Positions 1 through 12,747 of a stretch of DNA of 64,000 nt are shown here, one piece after another; positions within the stretch are counted from its first letter, which is position 1; each line of letters opens with the position of its first letter. Below the pieces are notes generated by a model. That model made no database searches. It was not told where the DNA came from and was given only the letters and a program-made list of their open reading frames with translations. Source of the stretch: Catajapyx aquilonaris (taxonomy: Eukaryota); assembly GCA_000934665.2 (NCBI GenBank), contig KZ538484.1:1-64000 (forward strand). The letters are read 5' to 3'. The position numbers and the translations under genes were made by a program.

Positions 1-921
1 TTTCAGACGCTAGTGGCTGATGTCTAATATTTTGAGTCGCATATTGTTCACAAAAAGTATTATTTAATAAAAATAAATGCTACTTGCACAATGTGGCTAC
101 ACTGCAAATGGAACATTACACTGTTGCGCGCAGTTAAAATTTTAACAAAATTATCGTTCTTGAACAAGATGCGACTCAACTCAACTAGTGTCTGAAAAAT
201 TAATACTAAAATTCCGGCAGCTTTTTAGTCCCTACTGTGGTCATTTCAAGTGCAACAATATTCCAAATTCTCGACTTTTGAGCCCAGGTTTTCACTACTT
301 TGGGGACAGATATTTAAAAACTGAGTTTCACTTTTTGATATAATATTGTGAGGAACAACTTCCAATAAAAATAATTTTGGTTAACTGCAAAATCAATTTC
401 GGAAGGTTTCCCCCATTTTTGAATATCAGAATTAGTTCTCCATATTTTTCCCTGATTTGTGACCTCATATAGAGTAAGTGAGAATTTTTCCAGATTTTTA
501 AAACAAGTTTTGAAATTCATTAATTTTTGCTTTGAAAATGGTAAGTTTTTGGAGAATCACCCATATATGTTTTTCCCAATCAAGTGGGCCTAAAGGTTGC
601 TAGACCATCGCGGATTTTTCTGAAAATAATCACAGCTGTACACACGTATGCCGTAACACTGCATATCAAGTTTCAGCCAAATTGCGAAATACTGTGGGGA
701 GGGAAAAATGCCAGAAATTTTGAAAATGGGGCCTTTTTTGGATAATTTTTGTGGTTATTGGAAGTCGTCAAAAACTCAAAACCAATCAAATGGAAGAGAA
801 ACGCGAGTAGAATGTGCCTATGGAATTTTATTTTCTCGAAAATGCACTCAGAAAAACATGTATAGCATTCCATCGATCACATGCTCAGTAACATGTCCAA
901 GTGTTTAGACCCCAACAATTA

Positions 922-1048
922 TGGCCGGTTTCACGGAGCCCGGTTTTGATAAAAAACCCCGTTCTTTCGGAAAATCCCTGCAAATAGAATAGGGATTTTC
1001 CAAAAGAACCAGGGTTTTTATCAAAACCGGGATCTGTGAAACCTGCCA
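922..1048. mobile_element. PIF/Harbinger-type MITE
   Basis: Palindrome TGGCCGGTTTCAC...GTGAAACCTGCCA with TTA/TTA TSD. Confidence 0.8.
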
Positions 1049-1468
1049 TTAGTGATGTATTTGAGTAAGAGCAGCCATATTTGGTGACAGGAGTTGGGAC
1101 CCATACAAGATTCAATATGTTCAGTTTCAATCCTGGGTCATGCATGGCTTGCAAGAAAATCATATATATGTTTGCTGCATTACCATTAATTTTAATGGAG
1201 CCAAATTCTTGGACATGTCACAGATGAAATGCCACACATGTTTTTCTGTGTGCATTTTCCAGAAAAACAAATTCCATAGGCGCATTCTACTCGCGTTTCT
1301 CTTTCATTTGATGTATATGTTGATTGGGTTTTGACCACTTCCAATGACCGAAAAAAATTATTCAAAAAAGGCCCCATTTTCAAAATTTCGCGATTTTTCC
1401 CCTTCCCACGGTATTTCACAATTTGGCTGAAACTTTATACGCAGTGCTACGGCATACGTGTGTGTGTA

Positions 1469-1685
1469 CAGTGCCGTGCACAATAGCATATAACAAGTGT
1501 AAACAACGACTTAGGCGTTACCTGGCAACTGGGCGTGTTCGGACATCGGCATGTGGAGAGTGCTTTGAGTTCTTAATTCTGTCGTTGCCACTGTTTACAG
1601 GTAGCGATTGATGCTGGGCGACCTATACCGAAGGGTGTGTGTATGCTTACCAATGCATGGCATCGGAATAAGCGGGCTGAGGGGA

Positions 1686-1743
<58 letters not shown>

Positions 1744-2574
1744 CCCCATTGGGATTTACCATATCGTTTAGGGGGGTGGATTACCACCATCGGAAATTGA
1801 AGCCAGATAAGATCTTATTTAATTACTCCAGGGTAGGTAGGAGGGGATGTGCAAAGTGCAAGTGCAATGTCTCTAACGGTCATTTTGTGAACTCCCCCGG
1901 GTGGCTTAGTCTATCGGAAATTGCCACCCGAAATGAAGCCAGAGATGGCCCAACTCTGCACGGATAAAGGTGGGAACCCCGGGTGGGGATCGAACCCGGG
2001 ACCTTAATATTAATATTACTAATAATACTATTAATAGCGTTACCGCTGTGCCACTTCACCTCCCCACTGAGGGGGATATTATTTTGAGAAGGCTCTCCGT
2101 TATTATATTATCACATTATCGTCACTTTCCAGTATGAGTCAGGATGCATGGAGTTACTGAATGATCGGGAAGGAGTCCGGTACATGCTCTTGTCTGCCAA
2201 TTTAATATAAGGTCAACATTGAATGTCATCCACTCCCAATCAAGTCCAGTGTAATGGGTGAAAGGGGAGTAGTAGGTGGGTGAGAGTGTGTGAAAGAGGG
2301 TTGGTTGGTTGGGTAAGTGACGATAGTGTGATAATAGCGAAGCGCCTTGTCAAAATAATATCCCCTCAGCCCGCTTATTCCGATGCCATGCATTGGTAAG
2401 CATGCACACACCCTTCGCTATAGGTCGCCCAGCATCAATCGCTACCTGTAAACAGTGGCAACGACAGAAAGAATGCTAAGCACTCTCCACATGCCGATGT
2501 CCGAACACGCCCAGTTGCCAGGTAACGCCAAAGTCGTTGTTTACACTTGTTATATGCTATTGTGCACGGCACTG
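1469..2574. mobile_element. Tc1/mariner-type MITE with long TIRs
   Basis: TA-CAGTGCCGTGCAC...GTGCACGGCACTG-TA; TIRs over 200 bp. Confidence 0.9.
1686..2066 (-). mobile_element. tRNA-derived SINE with (ATA)n tail
   Basis: A box TGGCACAGCGG and B box GGTTCGATCCC on - strand; TSD CTGAGGGG(G)ATATTATT at about 1677 and 2067. Confidence 0.85.
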
Positions 2575-3263
2575 TACAGCTGTGGTTATTTTCAGAAAAA
2601 TCCGAGATGGTCTAGCAACCTTTAGGCTCACTTGATTGGGAAAAACATGCTATATTTGACGATTTTGGTTTTTTGACTCCCCCGAGGTCAAAAACAAATC
2701 AAAGACAAAATGAATGCTCATTATGAGTTACAAATGACCTAAGGAACATGGAAATAGAAATGAATGTTTTATTTTCAATAATAATTACTAATAAAATCAG
2801 GGAGCATAGTTATGCTCTGAATCTTTCCATCAATGATAGCATAGCAATCACAGTGTTGGATGCAGATAATACTTTATAAGAGAATGTTTGAAACAGTTTG
2901 TTCACTACCGCCAGCTGACGTACAGACCTTTCCAACACTTACACCAATAGAGGCATGTGAAGGTGCAGTTAGGCACAGCAATTGCTTCCACCCAAGAGTG
3001 GGACCTAGAGCCTCCCTCTTGGTGTAGATCCCCATCCTAGCTCCCTTCCACGTTCAAAGGTGCTTTCACAGCACTGTCCAAGTAGCATATATACACACCA
3101 TTGCTGCACTGCAAGTTCGCTACAAGTTATTCCTCCTCCATTTTGACAGCGGTGGACCTGTGATTAATTGCACCTCACTGCCACTCTTTCCTATCCTTGT
3201 ACACTGGAAGTGAAGAGCTGTATTATACCATTTTGTTGAATGGGATTGCAATGTGTGAATGAA

Positions 3264-4484
3264 ATACCTTACCCAAATCCCTACTACTATGCGCACCCTT
3301 AAAAAGTGGATGGGTGGGGTAGTAAACAAAATGCGATAAAAAATCTCTGTTCAGATAATCTGAACTTTAGAATTGATGATTATTAATCATAACAATGGAG
3401 CTAGGACGTCACCAAGGTTAAAGTTAATTTGACAGTTAGCAACTGAAACAAATATGATTACACTTTGGACTAAGGGGGTAGTCACTCCTCAAAAAAGTGT
3501 ACACCGGCTCTCTGCAGCTCTCCCCTGGCTCACCAGCAGGCTCACCCACAGTCTTATGGGCTCATCGATGCCTCGGAGAGCCGCAAAGAGCCTCAGAGAG
3601 CCGCAGAGAGCTGAGGAGAGCCAACTACGTCACAACCCGCGGGGTTGATGATATGACGTCATAATGACGTAGTTTTCCCTCGGCTCTCCGCGGCTCACCA
3701 GTGAGGGTGTACACCGGCTCTCCAAAGTGACTACCCCCTTGCTTTGGACAGTGAATTTTTGTGGGGTCTGGTAATAATATTGCTGTCACTACGTTAATTT
3801 GTTATGTAGCTGGACATTAATTTTAATGATGAACCTAAGGGACCACGCAAACCCAAAGACTGCATTGAAATTAATGACATAAAAAATTTGTCACTGAATT
3901 TTGAAATGTTTATATCTCGTGTACATTTTCAGAAATTGCTACACTTTGCTGTACTACATTTAACATTGTTATTTATTAATAAATTGAAATGTGATGACAT
4001 TGTGTATTTAGACCTCAGTCCAACGTACTACATTTAAAAAATCCAATTCAATTAATATGAAATGGCTTTAAATATCCCTCCATTCAAAAATGTACAGATA
4101 ATTTCACTTCTGCAAGTCATGAAAAACGTTTTAAAATTCAGTAACAAATTTTTGTAATTAATTTCAATGGTCTTTGGGTTTGTGTGGCCCCTCAGGTTTA
4201 TCATTAAAATTAATGTCGTGCTACGTAACAAATTAACATAGTGACAGCAATAATTATTACCAAACCCCACAGAAATTCACCGTCCAAAGTGTAATCATAT
4301 TTGTTTCAGTTGTTAAGTGTCAAATTAACTTTAGATTTGGTGCATCCTAGCTCCACTGTTACGATTAATAAGTATCAATTCTAAAGTCCAGATAATCTTA
4401 ACAAAGATTTTTTATTGCGCTTTGTTTACTATACCCCACCCCTTCCTTGGGGTGTATGAAGCAGTAGTGATTTGGGTAAGGTAC
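3264..4484. mobile_element. Diverged foldback element
   Basis: 3264-3910 (minus its insertion) is the inverted copy of about 4120-4484. Confidence 0.75.
3471..3741. mobile_element. 8-bp-TSD MITE (hAT or P-like)
   Basis: TIR YAAGGGGGTAGTCACT; TSD CTTTGGAC; single empty site in the opposite host arm. Confidence 0.85.
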
Positions 4485-4784
4485 TTAAGATGCTTTTGCA
4501 AGCTGCAAGCCAATGATATGCTCATCTTGCATGAGACTTGCCTAAAAGTGACACAACTGGTAACATATCCATTGGATTTACAAAGAAGGCACATATGGTC
4601 ATGCCGGTGGTTCTCTGCACATTTCTCCTTCCACCAATGCCACTTTGCTCATTGGTGAGCATGCTGCAGGTACTATATTATGTTTTTAAAACAATGATAA
4701 TGAGGTAACTGACAGACAAGCTCTCTCTCTCAAACTGACTTCCTGTGTGATTTAGCTGCGTCTTTGAACTAATGTAGGCTACAT

Positions 4785-5236
4785 GACCGAAGCAGTAGTG
4801 GTGGAGTGGATGTGGTATCCGACTGCTAATCGGGAGGTCCTGGGTTCGTGCCCCGGAGGCCGGGGGTCCTGACCTTGGTTTTCTGTGGTTTTCCAAGGTC
4901 GCCACAGGAAAAATTCCGGGGTCGTACTGTAAAATAGGCCACAGCTGCTTCCTTCCTTCCTTTCCTATCCTTGTCCTGTCCATGAGGAGGTGCGGTGTCG
5001 GTGGGGAGTTTCTGACCCGCACCAAGGGTAGTAGCTTGGCCCCCTGGGGGACTGCACACGACCCCCAAATTTCGGACATCGCATTGCACCCATATCCCCC
5101 CCCCCCCCACACACAAATCTCTATCCTTCACCGGAGAGAAGAAAATGCGATGAAAATTTCGTAAGAAAAAATTGTGGTAACCCACCCCCCTAAAAGGGCT
5201 CTGTTTCCTCTAATGGGGTATTTAAAAAAAAAAAAA
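4785..5236 (+). mobile_element. tRNA-derived SINE (two-core form) with poly-A
   Basis: tRNA-like head with GGGTTCG B box; homology to 19654 and to the 1686 and 60730 elements. Confidence 0.8.
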
Positions 5237-5244
5237 CTTATGTA

Positions 5245-6180
5245 GGGGAGACCGGGGCACAGTGGACCACTTTTGCACATTTGAATTTTTATATACCTAC
5301 CTGTTATACCTACACACCCAATATTTTCAGGCATGGTGGAGATACTCCTTGGTAATATAAGTCACTACTATATTCACAGGCAGTGCCATCCTTTTGGCTT
5401 TAAAAAACTTTAGAAGCGACCCCCTGCAAATGGTCCACTGTACCCCGATAGGTGGGGCACAGTGGTCCGGAAGTGACTGGGACCCCTAATTCACACAAGA
5501 AGTTTATTATCATTGCCTAACATTTTTTTTTACAGCTGTTCATTTTGAGGACTGTGTCAACATCACAGTTTTGCCCCTTTTTTATACCTAATTCACATTT
5601 TAAAAATCATTGTCTCACTTTTTTTTTTTTACAGTTCATTTGGAGGATGGTTTGTCAAAATCACAGTTTTGCCCTTTTTATACCTAATTCACATTTTTTA
5701 AATAATTGTCTCACATTTTTTTTACAGCTGTTCATTTCGGGACACAGTGTGCATTTCGGGGCACAGTGGTACATGGACCACTGTGCCCCGCAAACGACTG
5801 GACCACTGTGCCCCGGACAGCAGCAACTGACATAATGCTATGATTGTAACTTCGATTGCAAGTTAGGCTTACCAATCTTCCGGTATTCACGGACAAAGGG
5901 CGGCACTATTCCACAAGATTTTTATATCAGGCTCATGCCCAACATCTACGCCTGAAGTGGCATTTAAACTGTGGGCTAGTAATTTACTTCACTTATCTTC
6001 AAATCGATTTCGCTGGATATCTATCGATCGATCGATCGCTAGCCGTTGCCAGCCATGTTGGCAGGAGCATGGCAGTGACTTGTTTCACGAGGTACCAGAT
6101 GAAAAAAATTTGGCGGCTTTTTCGATTTTTAAAATGGAAAGGTCCACTGTGCCCCGTGGTCCACTGTGCCCCAGTCTCCC
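5245..6180. mobile_element. TA-flanked MITE with reiterated GGGGCACAGTGGACC motifs
   Basis: TIR GGG(G)AGACYGGGGCACAGTGGACCAC; motif recurs internally in both orientations. Confidence 0.75.
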
Positions 6181-6702
6181 TACTTTATCGCTCAAAAACA
6201 TAGAGACGATTTTGCATTTGACTCATTCAAGTGCATCCTGCACTTGAATCAAATGCGAACTCGTATTTTTGAGCGATATAGTACATGATGAAAAAAATAT
6301 TGTGCTGCAGTTTTGTGGTAGGCTTACTATATACTCTACTGTGTGTTTCAAGAGTTGGCTGAGATACACATTATTGGAGAGCATTTTACTAGCCTCACTA
6401 GAGGATTTAAGGATCTGTCGAGAAATATGTGTATGATGCCTAGTTTGCATTGAAAATCAAGATTTATTGTCAAAAGATGCATGAAAGTGTTAACTAGGAA
6501 AAAATGCAAAAGCGATACCTGCTGTGGAACTGAGAGAACATGTGAAATTTTTTTACCATTTCACATGGTTACAGGAAATGAACTTTGTCTACAGAATCAA
6601 ATGTTCATTTTACATGATGTTAAGACCACCATGATTGATGTTGCTTATATGCAGGTGGCCTGCACATGATTTCGTTATGATATGCTCGTACAGTGTAGCC
6701 TA

Positions 6703-6785
6703 CTATCAGCACGGAAATGGTCTGGACAAAATTGTCACTTTGGTCAGCCTACCTCCAACTGGCTGGACCATTTCCATGCCGATAG
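6703..6785. mobile_element. Small TA-flanked MITE
   Basis: TA-CTATCAGCACGGAAATGG...CCATTTCCATGCCGATAG-TA. Confidence 0.7.
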
Positions 6786-6787
6786 TA

Positions 6788-8493
6788 CAGGATAATGAAT
6801 GTCCCTAAGTTCAAGAGCAGTAAAAAATAGACATGCAGAGGTGTTTAAGGTTGTAGTTGTTTAAATGGCCTGGAGACTCAACAAGTTTCATCCTGAATTT
6901 TTGGAATAGCCTATGTGATGTGGTCCCCATCAGCAATCTATATTGGGGCAATATTGGCTACAACATGGAAACCATTAATGGGCCAGCATTGCCCACCATC
7001 ATTGGTGCAATGTTGCCCGCTGCAACTTTTCTCGATATATCCCAACATTGGGAGGCGGACGTGGCCCAATATGGGCAACCCCAACATGGGCAACCCCAAC
7101 ATGGAGCCAATGTTGGAAAATACACGGAGGTCGGAGGTTGAAGGTAGCAGCTTGAGAGTTGAGACCCTGAAAATCTCCACTTGGGTTCCTTTGAGATCGT
7201 GTCCTCTATCCACGTAAACTGAAAAAAACGCCAAAAAATGTTGGAAAATACATATTGGGACATCATTGGCCACCGTCATTGGTGCAATCTGCAATGTTGC
7301 CCGCTGCAACTTTTCTCGATATATCCCAACATTGGCAGGCAATGGCGCAATGCTCGAGTTCGTCCGAGAGGACCACTCAATGGGCGCCTTTATCTTAGCC
7401 AGAGGCCGAGAAGCGTATGAGATAGAGTAATTATATGACCGCCTTTCCATACAGCGGATTGTCCTGCTCGCACCATAAGCTTTGCCATCGAACGACTCGA
7501 GCAAATTAATGTCACAATGAAGTACCTCGGGGGTAAGTGAGCCGCATGCAGTGGAGTTTCCTGCTACCTTTGCACACGGGTAATCGCCAAAATTAATTCG
7601 CATTGTTGTGGGATAAATCGGAGAAGACTTGCAACGATACACCGACAGGCAGCGCCATCCGGACGAGGGAAGCTGACGGTCATACGCCCACATGGCTGCA
7701 ACTGGCCAATGTTGCCTATGTGGAGCCGATGTATCCGCAAGATCGGCTAATGAATGGCTAAATTTCTTGGCAATGTGGAGCAGACATGTCCGCAATGGCG
7801 GCTTAATCATGGCAATGTAGGCGTGGTGGCGTTGATGGGCCAATGTCGCCTATGTGGGCCCATCATGGCTTGCAACCTAGGCAGCAAATATTGGCCGAAC
7901 ATGGATTCCCATGTTCGGCCAATGTTTCACATATTAGCCCGCACTGGTGTTCCATGTTGGCGCAATCTTGGCCCGATATTCTGCTGTGTCTGTCCCCATG
8001 GACATCATGGCTGAACATCGGCCATATTGGGCTATGTTGCGCCGGCTTCCCCAATTTTGCCCCAATGTTTCCCCCATATTGCTTGCTGCAGGGGGTGGTG
8101 CTCCTGTGGGGGATGCTGTCGGAAGATGCAAACATAGCATCTACATATGGAAAAATGCAAGTTGTGTGGTGGTTAGCCGAGCAGACTCGATCACAGAAGT
8201 GCTGGACATGCTGGACAATTCGCCTTTCCACAACTCTAAGACAGAGTCTATGCAACTAAAGTGGACAGCGCAAATAATGACATGTCCTCCATAACCCATG
8301 ACATGCTGGAGAGCATCTCGGGGAGGGAGATTATCAGCTAAAAATTGTCCTTGCTACTAAAGGAGCACACGTGGATTTTTTTAGATGAACTTGATGAGTG
8401 TCCCTTCTCATTTGTACAATTTTGACACCATGGTCCAGTAACTTACATAGTAGTAGCAAGTTGAAACTAGGGAGGTTCATTGTGGACACCCTG
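6788..8493 (+). mobile_element. Internally deleted Tc1/mariner element, interrupted by a CACTA-like insertion
   Basis: Ends GTGGACACCCTG-TA; transposase N- and C-terminal remnants; uninterrupted copy at 39869-40382. Confidence 0.8.
6925..8094. mobile_element. CACTA/EnSpm-like non-autonomous element
   Basis: CCCC...GGGG ends, GT/GT 2-bp TSD, subterminal arrays of CCAACATTGG/CCAATATTGG-like palindromic units. Confidence 0.7.
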
Positions 8494-9145
8494 TACATTC
8501 ACAGGTAGGCTAGGTCAGTGGTCGTAAACCTTTTTCTTATCATGCAACCCTTTTGCATTCCTCACATTTTGACAAAACTCAGTACCGTAATTTTCCATGA
8601 CACCATTTTTGTACACGCCTGATAACAGAATGGTCCTCTTGTCAAATTTAATCCACATCTCTGGCTGACTTTTTTTTGTATTTTCTGGCATGAGTATAAT
8701 ATATCTGAGAAGAACTACCTACATTTGTATTAGAATAATTATTGTCCAAAATATCTATTATTATCTATCGCCCTTGGACTCCTGGGACTCTGCAGTTGAA
8801 GAGTGATGGGCTAAGTCACTTTGGAAGTCAACTATGCACATCACCAAAGATCCAGGGAAACAGTTGGAAAGTGCAGTTAATTCTAGGGAGAGGCTAGGGG
8901 AAGTCTCGCAGGAAGTTTCTAGTGTTGCAAAATCTCAAGTAGTTCCTATCTTATGTGTTCTCATTATACATAAATATGCTTGCTGATAAGGAAGTGTTTT
9001 GTGATGTCCAACCCTCGATGAAATCAATTTTTTTGTGCTATGGTACATCAGGACTTCTTGCTATTCAATTTTTGCTGTATAGAACCAAAAGAAATAGCAA
9101 GGGATGGTTTCGGATGCCTAGCTGCTACAACTGTCTTTCATTATA

Positions 9146-9867
9146 CGATTTCTAGAAAGTAAGGTAACACATTTTTTATTTTGGAACATTCTAACGACAG
9201 AATCACACAACTTAAACATGTTTAAGATATGGTGAATGTCATTACTCGATATAATCCCTGAGTTGGTTCAAGCACTTGTCTGACCGTTACACCAAGTGTT
9301 ATATACCCCCCGCCTAGAATTTCGGGTCTAGCTATAATAACCAGGTGATAACTTCTAACTTCACCTCCTCATCAGTGGCAAACCATCTTCCTGACAGGTG
9401 ACGTTTCAGGAGGCTGAAAAGGAAGAAGTGAGAGGGGTCCAAGATTTCTCGCATGTAGGGAAGCACCCATTTTTTGGGTGCACAATGTTACTCTAGAGAC
9501 CAAGCTGGATTCCATGGTTTGGAAGAATCATCCTTCTACCGGCCAAAAAAAAAAGTCAAGGCCAGGTCTTCTGTGAATAAATGCATGGCAACAGTCCCCC
9601 CTGAAACATCACCTATCGGGAAGATGGTTTGCCGCATATGAATAGTTGAAGTTAGAAGTTATTGCCTGGTTACTAAAGCTTGACCCGAAATTCTAGGCGG
9701 GGTTATATAAGACTTGGTGTAATGGTGGGATAAGTGCTCGAATTGACTCAGGGATTATATCGAGTAATGACATTCCCCATATCTTCAATATGTGTAAGTT
9801 GTGTGCTTCTGCCATTAAAACTCTCCAAAATAAAAAATGTTTTACCTTACTTTCCGGACTCCCCTCG
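9146..9867. mobile_element. Mariner-derived palindromic MITE
   Basis: Arms about 9154-9410 and 9600-9853 inverted; right end CCCCTCG-TA; arms encode a degenerate transposase C-terminus. Confidence 0.8.
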
Positions 9868-9910
9868 TATACATATGTTTAAAACCGACACAAGTAGTAA
9901 AAAACAGTAG

Positions 9911-10171
9911 GGCAACACGGTGGCGGAGTGGTTAGCACTGCAGCCTTCCACCTCTAAGGTCCCGAGTTCAATTCCCGGATTGGACCGAGGATACTTATGT
10001 GGATAGAGTTTCGATGGGTTCTCTCCATGTTCGCGTGGGTTTTCTCAGGGTTCTCTCATTTCCTCCTGCTATCAAAATCCATCACAGCAAAGGCAATGAT
10101 TAAAGTCGGTTAATTAAAACGATGATCCCCTAAAAAGCCCAAGGAGGCTTATCACGGGGTATCCATTATTA
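9911..10171 (+). mobile_element. tRNA-derived SINE with V-domain-like core
   Basis: A box TGGCGGAGTGG, B box GAGTTCAATTCC; imperfect TSD TAGTAA...ACAGTAGG. Confidence 0.8.
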
Positions 10172-11204
10172 TAGTAACAGACAGTAGGCTGTGGAAACCA
10201 ACTCACACTATTGGGCTTGGCAAAACTGAATCCATTGGAACTGCTTGCTAACCTTGCCATGAACACATCACATATGTGCAGCATGAGTTTGTCTGCAATT
10301 TTTATGACACATAGTGCCAGTTTACCCTTCCATAGAAGGGAATAAAACAGTTGCCATTCCCTCGTTTTATAGATGTGTGCAGAACCACCTGGAAATAAAG
10401 CTGGTATGGAGTCATCTTGTATAAGTTCATGAACCCCTTATACAGTGGGCTGAAATCCAAAAGCCGAAAATCTGATGATTACTGGATTGACGTGAGATTT
10501 TTTGTTGGAGGATTTTTAAAAGTCACAGATTTCAAATCCAACAAAATATTGGGAGAATTCAAGATGGCAGATTCAAAGTGGAGGGAAAGTGTATGTACTC
10601 CAATAAGCTTAAAATTATGCATCAGGGAATTTGAGGAGCTCATAAATTCAAGTCTGATGGGAAAAAATACTAATATTAAATATTTAGGTTGTACTAGCTG
10701 CAATACCATGCCACAATATTGTGCATTTAGGTCCTTCTGTGGTGATTTTTTCTGGAATCTAAATCCATTTAAGAAGTAGGAAGATTTCCTTAGTGTTATT
10801 GTTGTTTTTGGTGTCTTGCACCTCCTTGTGTGAAAAGTGGAAAGCAGATTTGAAATCAGCGGACTCAGGTTATGTTTGATCGTCCATCAAACCCTGTGCT
10901 GCACAATCATTTCAGGGCAGTGTTATTGATAACCAATGTCACTATGAATACAATCATACTGCAATATTGTGCAGCTGACATGATCAATGCCACAGTGCAA
11001 TTGGTTCCGAAAATATGCTTTATTTGAATCTTGACTGGCAGTCACTGTAAAAAGTATTACATGGCAAAGAGGACACATGATGCTCAGTTTCACACAATTG
11101 GCAGTAACGTGTATTTACATCATTCAAAAAAGGTCATATTTTGCCCCATTTTGCCTGTAAGAAATTTAAGCAAGTGCCTCAGTAGCTTCATTTTGATACT
11201 TGTA

Positions 11205-11366
11205 CAGTGTTGGACATTAATCGCGTCATACTGCTAGCGACATTTTCCGAAGTGGCAGAAGAACTAATCGAAGCAATGGATAGTGCAAACCGTGCAAGCA
11301 AGATTCGTTCTTCTGCTGCTTTGGAAAATGTCACTAGCAGTATGACGCGATTAATATCCAACACTG
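11205..11366. mobile_element. Tc1-type MITE
   Basis: TA-CAGTGTTGGA...TCCAACACTG-TA hairpin. Confidence 0.85.
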
Positions 11367-12029
11367 TACATTAGACTGTATAAGTAGGGGAGACTGGGCA
11401 CGATGGCTACAGGGGTACGATGGCACAGTCAAATTTGTGAAGAGGCTATTAGGTTCATGGACCCGATGCTGTGGTAGGTGCAAATAGACATGCTCCACAT
11501 TCCATCCTATTTTCAATTCAATCGCAAAAGACTGTCGGTGGCAGTACCAATTTTTTCGGGTTTGACCATTTTAGTAAATGTCCATTTTTCATTAGTTTTT
11601 CATTTTTCTTCCAACGGAAGTGCTAGATCACCCAGCCCAATAATGCATTTGCAAGGCAGAATATCTGCCGACAAAATGACAGCATAAATGACCATTTAAT
11701 ATTTGTCACTTGAATGATGGTTCACAGGAACTTAGGATATCAGTAGTAAGATGCTGCTGCACAGTATCACTGCATCACAGCTGTGACCAGTAATGCCTTA
11801 GCTGCCTCATCTCATCTCTTCCTATAAATCAAGCACCCTGGCTACACCAGAAGTGACCAAAGAAAAAAGTGATGACAATGCAGGGGGAATGATGCCCCCA
11901 TTCATTAGTGGTTTACTAACAAGACATAGGTCACGAACTCAATGCTGAATGTATATACTACTCTTGAGGAAATTAGTCTAATGGCATTGGAGGTGAAGGA
12001 TAAAATTTGATGTGTTGTTTCTTTTTCAG

Positions 12030-12356
12030 CTAACTCGCCAATACAATGTGCAGTGTGTTCTGAATTACTACCCAGCTCTGAAGCAGCATATTCAGTATGA
12101 GTATGAGGCTTGTGACAGTGACGGAATCTGCCAGATAACTGCTGATCACCAGGCAGGTCATCTCCTAAGCAAGGAGGCACGTAGATGGGCTACCCGGATT
12201 GGGAAGGATGCCCTGGCCATCAGGGATGCCCAGCGCAAACTGGCCACTATCCAGCAGCTCAGAGATGCTGGGCATCGCACTGATCCAGAGGACCAGACTG
12301 GACAGGACATTGAAGTCAGGATAGATGAGTGTAAGGAGATTATTCGAAAAGGAGAG
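12030..12356 (+). CDS. nwk: Nervous wreck/FCHSD2-like protein, internal exon (post-F-BAR / coiled-coil region)
   Basis: ctttttcag| acceptor, GAG|gtgagt donor; encodes LTRQYNVQCVLNYYPALKQHIQYEY...IIRKGE; joins next exon in phase 0. Confidence 0.9.
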
Positions 12357-12747
12357 GTGAGTTGCAAGATGTATAACATGTTCTTAAAGTAAGGCAATTC
12401 TGGTGTAAAAATGTTGAGAGAATTTCATAATTTATATAACAGCAGGATGGCACAAATTTTTAACTACTACTCTGCACATCAATTAAAGCATTTTTGAACC
12501 ATGCTATCAGATTGTGTGAGCATATGTCAAGCACTCTTGTCACCAAACCTATTCATTTGTCTCTTGTTCATTCCTTAAGTTTTTACCTGCCAAAATTTTT
12601 TCTTCAGTGAGGAAACAAATGAAAGTCATTTAGTGAAGGTTTTGGGGCATGCTATGGGTGCTCAAACCACTTGAACTGTTTGAGACTGAGAAATGCTCAT
12701 GTGAGGATTACCATTTGGTTTCAGGTATTGTCATGCATCATTTTTAA

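Larger units (their letters stand above)
567..2648. mobile_element. Long foldback non-autonomous DNA element hosting three nested insertions
   Basis: 567-901 is the inverted copy of 1208-1468 plus 2577-2648; uninterrupted partial copy at 61533-61775. Confidence 0.8.

Noticed and set aside
1608..1967. Poly-Tyr ORF
   Set aside because: Translation of a SINE (TAT)n tail.
6938..7843. 301-aa minus-strand ORF
   Set aside because: Lies in the low-complexity CACTA-like element, has no recognisable domain, and overlaps ORFs in several other frames.
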